Of a stretch of DNA of 43,400 bases, positions 27,726 to 36,510 are shown piece after piece. The stretch is taken from the NCBI GenBank assembly GCA_044345055.1, contig JBIJBT010000013.1, positions 1 through 43,400 of the forward strand, in the 5' to 3' direction. The stretch's first letter is position 1. Every line of letters begins with the position of its first letter. Under the pieces are notes generated by a model. The model was not told the origin of the DNA and made no database searches. It worked only from the letters and a program-made list of their open reading frames with translations. A program made the translations under genes and the position numbers. This stretch comes from Bdellovibrionota bacterium. GTDB taxonomy: Bacteria > Bdellovibrionota_C > UBA2361 > OMIW01.

Positions 27726-27821
27726 GTTGCCTCAAATTAAAAGCCTTTGAAGAGTCGGTGTTTTGAGAACCTTATAGGGGCATTGCCTCATCGAAGTAGG
27801 CTTTTAAATTTAGAACGCAAC
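27726..27821 (+). repeat. ~96-bp imperfect palindrome whose left arm is the right copy of the islet-bounding repeat
   Basis: GTTGC/GCAAC, AAAAGCCT/AGGCTTTT, TTGA/TCGA, GAG/CTC, CGGTGTTTT/GGGGCATTG (G-U rich). Confidence 0.7.
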
Positions 27822-28086
27822 CTTCCATTCTATTGGCTTATCTCCACTCCTCAGAAGCACAAAGTCACGTCACACCCCCTAAAACCCAACCATCCAAAAA
27901 ACCCATAAAAACTCCTCCAAGATTCTCGTACGTCTTCTCCCAATTTTTTTTAGTTCTTTTTAGCGTCAAAATATTATCTGTTCCCATTATTAGACCGATT
28001 ACCCCTTTAGAACGGTGAAAGGAATCGCCTTTTATCTGACAAAAAACAAAGGGTTCGGCCCGCCCAGTAGTTGGAGGGGAGGGAAT

Positions 28087-28362
28087 ATGGTTAGGTTACT
28101 TTTTACGATGTTTATGTGGGTTACGGTCGCTCGATGGCTTTACGCGGAGGCGGAACTTTCTGCTCCGTTTCTGGTACCGGTCGTCGATTCAGTGCTTGAG
28201 GTTGTTCAGATTCCCACCCATGACAACTGGCCGGATGAGCCTTTCAATGCGGCGCTATCCGAAGCTCGCGTCATGATGGAAAACCCAGAGGCGCTCTACT
28301 CCTCAGTGGAGCGACGATTATCGCAAAGATCATACCCAGAATACGGTTTTGATAGGTTTTAG
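28087..28362 (+). CDS. Small membrane-anchored/exported hypothetical protein (91 aa)
   Basis: GGAGG-rich SD before ATG 28087; hydrophobic N-terminus; hairpin directly after the stop. Confidence 0.65.
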   Translation: MVRLLFTMFMWVTVARWLYAEAELSAPFLVPVVDSVLEVVQIPTHDNWPDEPFNAALSEARVMMENPEALYSSVERRLSQRSYPEYGFDRF

Positions 28363-28390
28363 AAGCACTCACTCTCTCGGGCGAGTGCTT
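28363..28390. terminator. Hairpin between convergent genes
   Basis: AAGCACTC...GAGTGCTT 8-bp perfect stem; no clear U-tract. Confidence 0.4.
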
Positions 28391-28509
28391 CGAGAGGAGA
28401 GTGGTTCTTCGGTTATTGGGTTATTGGAGAATGAGGTTTTCGGTTTTTTTATAGTTTTAGTCCGGTTTTTTGGGCGCACTAGGGGGGAGATGTGGCAATT
28501 TCCCCCTTG

Positions 28510-29451
28510 TCACCCTCCTTTCCAGCCACGCTCTCGTAGCTGTTTCGCCGCCATAATAGAACCTCGATATTCTTCATCAAATCCCGATGAAGAGCTCTCT
28601 TTTCCTGTATCAAGATTCACATCACGCATTCCAGCGAACTGAGAGCTGAGCGCTTCAAAAAAGCGTGGAATAAGAGCTTTAATTTCGTCGGAAAAGGCAT
28701 GCCGTAGCCATCTTGAGGGGCATCGCGTATCGCCGAGTGGGAAAAATCGAAACCGCTGTCCCAAAACGGCTGAAGCAAGTTGAATAACTCCGTAGGGGTA
28801 AATACCTGCGCGCCAAAGAGAAATGGGTAGACGCCGATTGTGAAGTCGATGACCATCTACGATCGTAAATTGCGCAAGACGAGCAATTCCGCGATAGCCG
28901 TTCAGAACAGTATCGGAGAATTCTTGCTCTGAAAATCGGCAACCCGGATATGTATCGTTAAAGGCTACCGAAATAATGCGTACTGCGATGGCACGAATCG
29001 AAGGGTCAACCGACTTTGGCGATTCATCGCCGCATTGATTAACCCATTCATAGCCATCAAGACCTATCTCTACCCTTTGGTGCCATGCTGGCGAATCTCC
29101 CCAGCTACACGGCCGCTCCCGATCGCCATGAATGGCTTCTCCAACGGCCGCATTAATAAGGGGGTGGAGCGAGGCATCGGCGAGGACGTGAAGACACCAT
29201 CCAGCCGCAAAGGCTCTCTCGGCATCATTAGATCCGTTCCTCCACATCGCTTCGCCGAGTCGACCAGAAAAAATATAGTGCGCAGCGTCGGTAATGAGCG
29301 GAACTGTGCCGGGGAAGACCCCAAGATCCGGCGCCCAGCCTCCCGCTATAAATGCATCTTTTTCAGCACAGAGCCATCGATAAAGCTCGCTCGTTTCAGC
29401 GAAACGGAAAACATCGCGAGCGATGAGCAGATGATAAAGAACACTCGGCAC
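28510..29451 (-). CDS. Zinc-dependent phospholipase C family protein (PLC/P1 nuclease fold), no signal peptide
   Basis: MP....H, G..APD, AHY, GWCLHVLAD...HP, HQRVE..LD metal-ligand pattern; GTG start. Confidence 0.8.
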   Translation of the reverse strand: MPSVLYHLLIARDVFRFAETSELYRWLCAEKDAFIAGGWAPDLGVFPGTVPLITDAAHYIFSGRLGEAMWRNGSNDAERAFAAGWCLHVLADASLHPLINAAVGEAIHGDRERPCSWGDSPAWHQRVEIGLDGYEWVNQCGDESPKSVDPSIRAIAVRIISVAFNDTYPGCRFSEQEFSDTVLNGYRGIARLAQFTIVDGHRLHNRRLPISLWRAGIYPYGVIQLASAVLGQRFRFFPLGDTRCPSRWLRHAFSDEIKALIPRFFEALSSQFAGMRDVNLDTGKESSSSGFDEEYRGSIMAAKQLRERGWKGG

Positions 29452-29499
29452 GGAATGATCCGGTTGGGATAACTACTTAATTAGCGGCCTAATTTAACT

Positions 29500-30303
29500 T
29501 TAGTCTCGGATACTCTCTTTTTCGGAACGTTGTACGTTTTCAATCTCGTCATGAATCCTTTCACCGCGGCGAGCCAAAAGCTGCCTAATTCCGCGAAAAT
29601 CGGGGCTATTTAGCTTGACCCGGACACTACGGGTTCCCACCTGAGCGAGAGCAAATGCATTCGAAAAGGTAAATAGGTGAAAACTATCCTGTGGCCACCT
29701 ATTCGAAAAATACTGCGCTGATTCAGCGTAGGCAAGGTCAAAAACCCGGAATCCACACCGCTCGACCAGTTCCGGAATCGCCTGCACTCGAAGAGGTGTT
29801 TTATCAACTCTCACAGGAAGAATAATTCCTTGTCGCTCTTCGGTCAGTGAAATTATCTGATCTATCGATTTCTCTACAATAAACTTTTCACTCCCGATCG
29901 CGGAGCGTGGTACACCTGCGGCACGGAGAAATTCTCCTAAAAAGAGAGAATCGCTGCTTTCGGGGAAAAGACAAGAAAGGATAACGTCGTCACAGTTTCC
30001 GATTCGACACCGCAGATCAACACCCGGGATAACAACGATATCGTCACTAGTGTGAGAGGCTTGCACTTTATCGATAAAATCGGTCGCATATAGATCAGAT
30101 ATTGCGAGAATATCTATACCTTTAACCCTCGCAAGGCTTACCAATGCACGGGCCGGATCGATTCCGTCAACTCCTGAGTAACCCACAACGGCGGGATTGT
30201 GGATCCGCAAATCGATCGAACAGGTTCGTTTCGTCGGTTGTTTCTCAATCTGCTCACGGAGAGGTCCCGACTTTATTTTATTTGGCTTTTGTGAATCTCC
30301 CAT
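29500..30303 (-). CDS. PHP-domain-like protein with degenerate metal-binding motifs
   Basis: IDLRIHN, GIDILAISDL, VIPGVDL, GIILPVRVD, FSNAF align in order with PHP motifs; ATG 30303 after GGAGAGG. Confidence 0.75.
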   Translation of the reverse strand: MGDSQKPNKIKSGPLREQIEKQPTKRTCSIDLRIHNPAVVGYSGVDGIDPARALVSLARVKGIDILAISDLYATDFIDKVQASHTSDDIVVIPGVDLRCRIGNCDDVILSCLFPESSDSLFLGEFLRAAGVPRSAIGSEKFIVEKSIDQIISLTEERQGIILPVRVDKTPLRVQAIPELVERCGFRVFDLAYAESAQYFSNRWPQDSFHLFTFSNAFALAQVGTRSVRVKLNSPDFRGIRQLLARRGERIHDEIENVQRSEKESIRD

Positions 30304-30665
30304 CGCCTCTCCCTTTTCCAGAGTACAGTTCACCGACGTAATCGATACGATGCCAAATCACTGCGATTTGATTCCGCCGTAATTCTTTTAGGGGGAAGAC
30401 AGCACTGTGGTAAAGATTCAGCTCGTGAATTTGAATTACCCTCGATAAAACCTCGGAGCAGGTGGGATGTTATCAAAATTTCTCGACTGATTAGTCTCAA
30501 ATAACTTATGATTTGGGCGCATTCAAATGGTAAAGGAGACAGATCTAATGACGGCAAAAAACCGTAGTTACGATTACAAAACGTTTTAAACGATTTTTTT
30601 CCGGCTCTTAAAACACCTTAATTTCCGGTGTTAGTCCAATATTTCCAACTAAATAGTTACAAACC

Positions 30666-32906
30666 ATGAACTCAGTATCTACGGCATCTCGCGAAATTAT
30701 GTGGAATGTCTCCGGGCTCCATAATACCGTTTTGATGTATCTTCTTTTTGGTGCTTCGCTGCTTATCGTTGCTGCGGGCATAGTCCGGCGCTTTGAGCTC
30801 TGGGCACAGGGCAGACCAGATATGGAAAGGAGCGGTAATTGGCTTGAGAGAACGTTACTCCTTACTTCGCGCCTCATCTCTCAGCGGCTCACAAATCGAG
30901 ACGCGCGAGCGCGCTCATTTCACTCTCTCATCCTTTTTGGATTCGTGGTGCTCACATTTACCACAACGATGGTAATGCTTGACCACGATTTTGGAATTCG
31001 AATTTATCGCGGCTCTTTCTATCTCGCCCTCACCGTCCTCAGCGATCTGTTTGGATTAGGACTACTGATAGGAGTCTGCCTCGCGGCAAAGAGGCGCTAC
31101 CTAGATCGTCCCGATAAGCTTCACTCATTACCCGCCGATTCAATCTTTCTTTTGGTAATAGCTCTCCTTGTAATTCAGGGATTTATTCTTGAGGGAATCC
31201 GGATTCACGTAACCGGTGACCCTTGGGCTAAGTATTCTCCAATTGGTCTTCTTACAGCTCAGCTTTTTTGGTCAATCTCCCCATTTGCTGCTCGAATCAT
31301 CCACGGAGTCGTCTGGTGGTGGCACGCGATTACCGTATTTGCGGGTATCGCACTCCTTCCCTACTCTAAACTTTTTCATATCATCTCAAGCTCGCTCAAC
31401 CTATTTTTCCGCGAATCAAATCGTCCAAAAGGAGCACTTGCCCCCATGGGCGATCTTGAAAAGATTATGGAGACTGAAGAGGAACCTTCCTTTGGACTTG
31501 GCTCTCTCAAAGACTACTCATGGAAACAGCTACTCGACTTAGACGCGTGTACGAGCTGCGGTCGTTGTCAGGATGCATGTCCAGCTTACGCGAGCGGCAA
31601 ACCGCTCTCTCCGAAGTGGCTTATCCTCGATTCGCGCCACCATATGATTGCTCTCCAAGCTTCGACAGAGGATGCGCAGCCAAATCGATCTTTAGTTCCA
31701 TCAATTCTTAGGTGGATTGATAGAACACTTCTTAAAAAAATCTTCCTCCCACGTAGCGGAGTTACGGTAAGCAAAGATGGAGTCGGATGGAAAAGCAACG
31801 GCGCGTTCCGCGGCGAGAATAGGGCGATTCACGATACTGCCCGAGAGATTGGGGTTTCGTGGGATCATCGCATCGCAGGCGAGGTCATGGATCCCTCGGT
31901 ATTTTGGTCGTGCACAACCTGCCGAGCGTGCGTGTCTGCGTGTCCTGTTGGTATCGATCATATCGATCAAATCGTTGGGAACCGGCGAAATATGGCGTTA
32001 ATGCACGGAGAAATTCCAGCCGAGGCGCAGGCCACCTTACGGTCGCTCGAGAATCGAGGAAATCCATACGGCGATCCCCTCATGCGGGCGGCATGGGCAA
32101 AAGATCTTGATATACCGGTCGTAAAACCGGGCGATGAGGTCGATTATCTATATTGGGTTGGATGCCTATCAGCGTTCGATCAGCGTAAGCAACAGATCGC
32201 AAGAAGTCTCGTCAAGCTTATGCGTACGGCGGAGCTTTCATTCGGTATATTAGGAAATCAGGAGTCGTGTACCGGAGATCCAGCACGAAGGCTTGGCGAA
32301 GAAAATCTCTATCAAACTCTCGCAAAATCAAATATTGAACTTCTCAAATCTATCCGATGCAAGTACATCGTTGCGAACTGCCCTCACTGTTTCAATACAA
32401 TAAAGAATGAGTATCCTGAATTTGGATTCGGCACCGATGGCGGACCACAGGTAATTCACCACTCGCAGCTTCTTAAGCAGCTGATCGCTGAGCAAAAACT
32501 TCCCCTCGGCGAAGGCGCTGAATCGATCACGTTTCACGATCCCTGTTATCTTGGCCGCTACAACGATGAATACGAGGCACCTCGCCAACCATTACGAGCG
32601 ATTCGAGGACTTAAAATCGTTGAGATGGAACGCTCTAAAGAACAGGGCTTCTGTTGCGGCGCTGGTGGAGGTCACTTCTGGATGGATCTCAAACAGGGAG
32701 AGCGGGTCAATGTGCTTCGGGTTAATCAGGCTGCGGAAACAGCTGCAACAACGATCGCAACCGGCTGCCCATTTTGTCATCAGATGTTAGATGATGGGGT
32801 AAAACTCACCAACCGCGAGGGTGGTCTTCAGGTGAAAGATATCGCAGAGGTACTTGTCGAACATCTAATCACAAAAAAAGAAGAGGACGAAAATCATCCT
32901 CATTAA
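30666..32906 (+). CDS. FadF/heterodisulfide-reductase-like membrane Fe-S oxidoreductase
   Basis: N-terminal cytochrome-b-like TM domain; CTSCGRCQDACP and CTTCRACVSACP; CCG-type domains (WVGC, CPHC, HDPCYLGR, CCGAGGG, CPFC). Confidence 0.9.
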   Translation: MNSVSTASREIMWNVSGLHNTVLMYLLFGASLLIVAAGIVRRFELWAQGRPDMERSGNWLERTLLLTSRLISQRLTNRDARARSFHSLILFGFVVLTFTTTMVMLDHDFGIRIYRGSFYLALTVLSDLFGLGLLIGVCLAAKRRYLDRPDKLHSLPADSIFLLVIALLVIQGFILEGIRIHVTGDPWAKYSPIGLLTAQLFWSISPFAARIIHGVVWWWHAITVFAGIALLPYSKLFHIISSSLNLFFRESNRPKGALAPMGDLEKIMETEEEPSFGLGSLKDYSWKQLLDLDACTSCGRCQDACPAYASGKPLSPKWLILDSRHHMIALQASTEDAQPNRSLVPSILRWIDRTLLKKIFLPRSGVTVSKDGVGWKSNGAFRGENRAIHDTAREIGVSWDHRIAGEVMDPSVFWSCTTCRACVSACPVGIDHIDQIVGNRRNMALMHGEIPAEAQATLRSLENRGNPYGDPLMRAAWAKDLDIPVVKPGDEVDYLYWVGCLSAFDQRKQQIARSLVKLMRTAELSFGILGNQESCTGDPARRLGEENLYQTLAKSNIELLKSIRCKYIVANCPHCFNTIKNEYPEFGFGTDGGPQVIHHSQLLKQLIAEQKLPLGEGAESITFHDPCYLGRYNDEYEAPRQPLRAIRGLKIVEMERSKEQGFCCGAGGGHFWMDLKQGERVNVLRVNQAAETAATTIATGCPFCHQMLDDGVKLTNREGGLQVKDIAEVLVEHLITKKEEDENHPH

Positions 32907-32972
32907 TCGCGGCCCCCTGTAAAGGGGATGCGACAGAAGAGGGAGTAAAATTTAATCGAATTAGGTACCAGC

Positions 32973-33452
32973 ATGATCTCATCAGAGGAAGTCTCGATTG
33001 CATTAGGAGCGGTGCTCAAGCTGCAAGATACGGGACTTTGGAGTAGCGGTCTTCGGATAAAATTGCGGGGAGAACAGGCATCAGCGGCAGACTCCCTAGA
33101 GGACGCCAATTGGCTTGAGAGCGTTATTACTGACAATGTAAAACGGGTTGAAACTCTCGTCGAACGTCTCCCCGGATTCCCAGTCGATGAGAAAGTTGTA
33201 ACAGAGCTTTTCTGGCTTGTAGAAAAACTTGAAACGCTCCGTTTTGAGCAAGAGAAAAGTTTAACGCAAGAGCCATCTAAAACATCAAGCAGCAAAGAGG
33301 CTTTAGCTTGCAATCAAGACGACGCGATACTGCCGACAGAATCATCTCAAAAAAGCTTGAGAACGCGGCTCGAAGCAGCTGTTGACGGATGGCGACAAAG
33401 TTATGAGGCTAGCCTACAAGTAAGAAAATCGGCGCTAGAGGCTGCAGAATAA
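32973..33452 (+). CDS. Hypothetical helical protein
   Basis: 159-aa ORF co-oriented with the upstream gene and filling the gap; no recognised motif. Confidence 0.55.
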   Translation: MISSEEVSIALGAVLKLQDTGLWSSGLRIKLRGEQASAADSLEDANWLESVITDNVKRVETLVERLPGFPVDEKVVTELFWLVEKLETLRFEQEKSLTQEPSKTSSSKEALACNQDDAILPTESSQKSLRTRLEAAVDGWRQSYEASLQVRKSALEAAE

Positions 33453-33576
33453 GGGATAGTTTAAGGGCAGCTTTTGATTCGTCAGGTCTCTACAAGATTG
33501 CTTACATTTCTAAAGCCAATATTTAGCTCTGATTGAATCCATTTTGACTCATCATCATCTCGCCCTTTAAGCAATG

Positions 33577-33626
33577 AAAAAAGCCCTGACACACTCGGCC
33601 AAATCAGACAGAGCGTATCAGGGCTT
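33577..33626 (-). terminator. Intrinsic terminator of the HU gene
   Basis: AAGCCCTGA/TCAGGGCTT stem with an A-run on + (U-tract on -). Confidence 0.7.
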
Positions 33627-33676
33627 ACTCTCAGAACCACTCCGACGCAATCAGGCGCCTGGGTGATATCTGGGAC

Positions 33677-34186
33677 CTACTTCTTTGCGATCGCTTCTTT
33701 TAGAGCTTTCGCTGGAGTGAATCTCACCCGCTTACGAGCAGGAATCTTTGTTGCTGCACCAGTCTGAGGGTTTCGACCCATACGCTCTTTTGTCTGACGC
33801 ACATAAAGCTTTCCAAGACCGAAGAAGGGGATTTTGTAACCCTTTACCAACGAATCCTGTATCAGCTTTTGCACATCACCGACGAGCTCTTTGGCTTGCG
33901 AACGCTTCTCAAGACCGCAGTAAGAACGGAGATTATCTAGGAACTCCGACTGAGTGAAGCTACCGTTGGTGTTTTTTGGCTTAGCGATCTGGTGAACCTT
34001 GGCCACCGCTTCGCTTGCCTTTGCCACCTTGGCTGGCGCTGCTTTTTTAGCAGGAGCCTTTGCAGCGGCAACTTTCTTCACGGCCTTTACCTTTGCAGGC
34101 TTTGCTGCCACTTTTTTTGCGACAGGCGCTTTCTTTGCAGCTACTTTCTTTTCTACTTTTCCCTTCTTTGCAGGCTTTGTCGCCAT
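33677..34186 (-). CDS. HU-family DNA-binding protein with N-terminal Lys/Ala/Pro-rich extension
   Basis: GLGKL...RMGRNPQTG...IPARKRVRFTPAKALK; about 70 aa of AAKK/PAKK-like repeats; purine-rich SD before ATG 34186. Confidence 0.92.
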   Translation of the reverse strand: MATKPAKKGKVEKKVAAKKAPVAKKVAAKPAKVKAVKKVAAAKAPAKKAAPAKVAKASEAVAKVHQIAKPKNTNGSFTQSEFLDNLRSYCGLEKRSQAKELVGDVQKLIQDSLVKGYKIPFFGLGKLYVRQTKERMGRNPQTGAATKIPARKRVRFTPAKALKEAIAKK

Positions 34187-34678
34187 AGCACTCTTCCCTC
34201 TTAAAAATATCCTACAGCACGTGCCCAAATCACAAATCGAGAGAAATCTTTCTTCCGTTTAGTTGAAGAAAGAAGACTCAAAACAGCGACCAAGACGCCC
34301 CGCATCTGCGGATGATTTAATTAAACTCGTCGACCGGCGCTTGAGAAAAAGTTGGTAGTAACAAAATTACGACCCTTCTTTTTTCAGGCTAACCGGAGCT
34401 GTTACGGGCCTTCAACTACCATAAGAAAAGACCGACATATCGGATCTTTTCGAGCAGTATCAGGAAGCTCCGAACGCAGTGCCATGAGGCCAACTGCCTT
34501 ACTACCGTTACGACAAGATAGCACTCCCCTCCCTCAACTAAAGCAATCTCAGCATGCGCTGAAAACCCCCTGCTTCAGTCGATTCGATATCAACTGCAGA
34601 TCACTCAATGGACCGCACGACACAACTATAAGAACACAACGAATAACAATCAACGGGCAAAAAAATGAAAATGGGCTC

Positions 34679-34713
34679 GAAAAGATCAAAAAATGGGCTT
34701 TTTTGATCTTTTC
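34679..34713. repeat. Perfect 15-bp inverted repeat downstream of nuoN (terminator or protein-binding site)
   Basis: GAAAAGATCAAAAAA-TGGGC-TTTTTTGATCTTTTC. Confidence 0.7.
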
Positions 34714-34778
34714 TTCTCCGGAACCCGTTCAAAGTCCAATTTCACTCATGCAAATTAACACAAACAACTAAATCTTAA

Positions 34779-36266
34779 TCACCGCGATAGAGTCAGAAGC
34801 ACAGCTTGTGCTCGATTGTATAGTGGGGATGGAGCAAGTCCTATGAGAAGAGACAATCCAACCATTGCCGCAAGAACGAGCCGAATCGATGCGGAAACTG
34901 GTATTGCCTGAGCAGCATCATTTGCGGGCGCCTGAAAGTACATCGCCATAACAACTCTCAGGTAGTAGTAACACGACACCGCAGAGCATAGTCCTGCGAT
35001 GATAGCTAAACCTAGATAGTGCGTATTAACGACGGCACTCAACAGATAAAACTTACCCACCAACCCCACGACGCCGGGAGGCAATCCTGCCATTGCGAGG
35101 AGAAAAAGACTCATTGTTGCGGCGAGTGCGGGGTTTCGTTTTCCAAGACCAGAAAAAAGACCGATATCATCCGCATCAGCGGTATCGACCTTACTACCGG
35201 TTATCACCATTGATACGGCGAATGCACCAAAGGTAGCTAGAGAGTAAACAATGACGTAAAAAAGAATCGCTGGACCACCACCATATTGACCGGAAGGAGC
35301 AAGAAGTGCAGCGGTCATGTATCCAACGTGTGCAATACTCGAATAGGCCAACATCCTCTTCACATTGCGCTGACGGACCGCGATAATATTTCCTCCTATC
35401 ATAGTCAGGAGCGCGACCATCCAGGTAAAACCGGACCACCAGGTCACTACAACGGGATCTCCGAAAGCTGTCCAGAGGAGCCGCATCGCCATTGCAACAG
35501 CGGCTGCCTTTACGACACTCGCCATATAAGCGGTAACCGGTGTTGGTGCTCCCTGATAGACATCAGGCGCCCAAAAATGGAACGGCACTGCTCCGAGTTT
35601 GAAGAAAACTCCAACTAGAACAAGCCCAATTCCGAGAGAGGCTAACGCACGATTCGCGTTCGGTAACTGATCTGCTATCACAGCAAGCTCAGTGCTTCCT
35701 CCAACACCGTACAGCACCGCAATCCCGTAAAGGAAAAAGGCCGAACTAAATGAGCCGAGAATAAAATATTTGAGAGCTCCCTCAACGCTTCGCCGTGAGC
35801 TGATAGCACTTCCACACAAGCAGTAAAGCCCCATCGAGAGTGCCTCAAGCCCTATGAATAGGGTGATCAATTCTCCCGCTCCAACTAGCACAATCGCTGC
35901 TGCGGTCGTCATTAACAAAAGCCCGTAAAACTCTGGGCTCGACGCTATTCCGAGAGTTGTTAACTGCCCCAAGGAGAGAAGAACCGTGATAAGTGCACCC
36001 GCGAGGATCGCAACGGTAAAAAACCAGGTAAAGGGGTCTGTGAGAAAGCCAGCACCAAAGATCGAAGTTGTTTGAATCGAAGATGGCAGGTAAACCCCCT
36101 CAAGCCAAATCACAACCGCAAGCGCAAGAACAAGCAAAGCAGCGGCGAGCAGCCCGGGAGTTCGCTCTCTGCCTGGCTTGGTCAGCGCAACTAACATTCC
36201 CCCTAGACCAACGATCCCAGTGGGAGCGATAGCGAACAATTGCGAGCATTCACACGATGAACTCAT
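34779..36266 (-). CDS. nuoN: NADH-quinone oxidoreductase subunit N
   Basis: EGALKYFILG, FKLGAVPFHFWAPDVYQGAP, KRMLAYSSIAH, YYYLR; start taken at ATG 36266. Confidence 0.95.
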   Translation of the reverse strand: MSSSCECSQLFAIAPTGIVGLGGMLVALTKPGRERTPGLLAAALLVLALAVVIWLEGVYLPSSIQTTSIFGAGFLTDPFTWFFTVAILAGALITVLLSLGQLTTLGIASSPEFYGLLLMTTAAAIVLVGAGELITLFIGLEALSMGLYCLCGSAISSRRSVEGALKYFILGSFSSAFFLYGIAVLYGVGGSTELAVIADQLPNANRALASLGIGLVLVGVFFKLGAVPFHFWAPDVYQGAPTPVTAYMASVVKAAAVAMAMRLLWTAFGDPVVVTWWSGFTWMVALLTMIGGNIIAVRQRNVKRMLAYSSIAHVGYMTAALLAPSGQYGGGPAILFYVIVYSLATFGAFAVSMVITGSKVDTADADDIGLFSGLGKRNPALAATMSLFLLAMAGLPPGVVGLVGKFYLLSAVVNTHYLGLAIIAGLCSAVSCYYYLRVVMAMYFQAPANDAAQAIPVSASIRLVLAAMVGLSLLIGLAPSPLYNRAQAVLLTLSR

Positions 36267-36510
36267 GACATCATTCCATTCACAAAATCGATCCATAAGA
36301 CGGCTACAGCGGCTCAGGTAGCGGTCCGGCAAACTAACCTGTATCCATCACCAATTTCAGGTATCGCTCTGAACCACGCATGGTCCGGTAAACGCCTACA
36401 GGCGTTTGAGCGAGGCTCGTAAAATCGCTCTTAGTAATGATTTTACGAGCCATAAAGCCGCCCTTAAAAACCCATGGAAGAGTTTTTCAGGGCCAACTAA
36501 CTAATTACCA

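Noticed and set aside
27726..27821. Integron attC site
   Set aside because: Ends are GTTGC...GCAAC rather than RYYYAAC...GTTRRRY, and no integron integrase is present.
27870..28490. Degenerate inverted repeats around the 91-aa gene (type I toxin-like 5'-3' pairing)
   Set aside because: Matches (CCCCCTA, CCAAAAAACC, TAAAACT) lie in low-complexity skewed sequence and could be chance or rut-like bias.
34352..34771. 139-aa plus-strand ORF
   Set aside because: TTG start without SD, atypical composition, runs through the inverted repeat; treated as non-coding.
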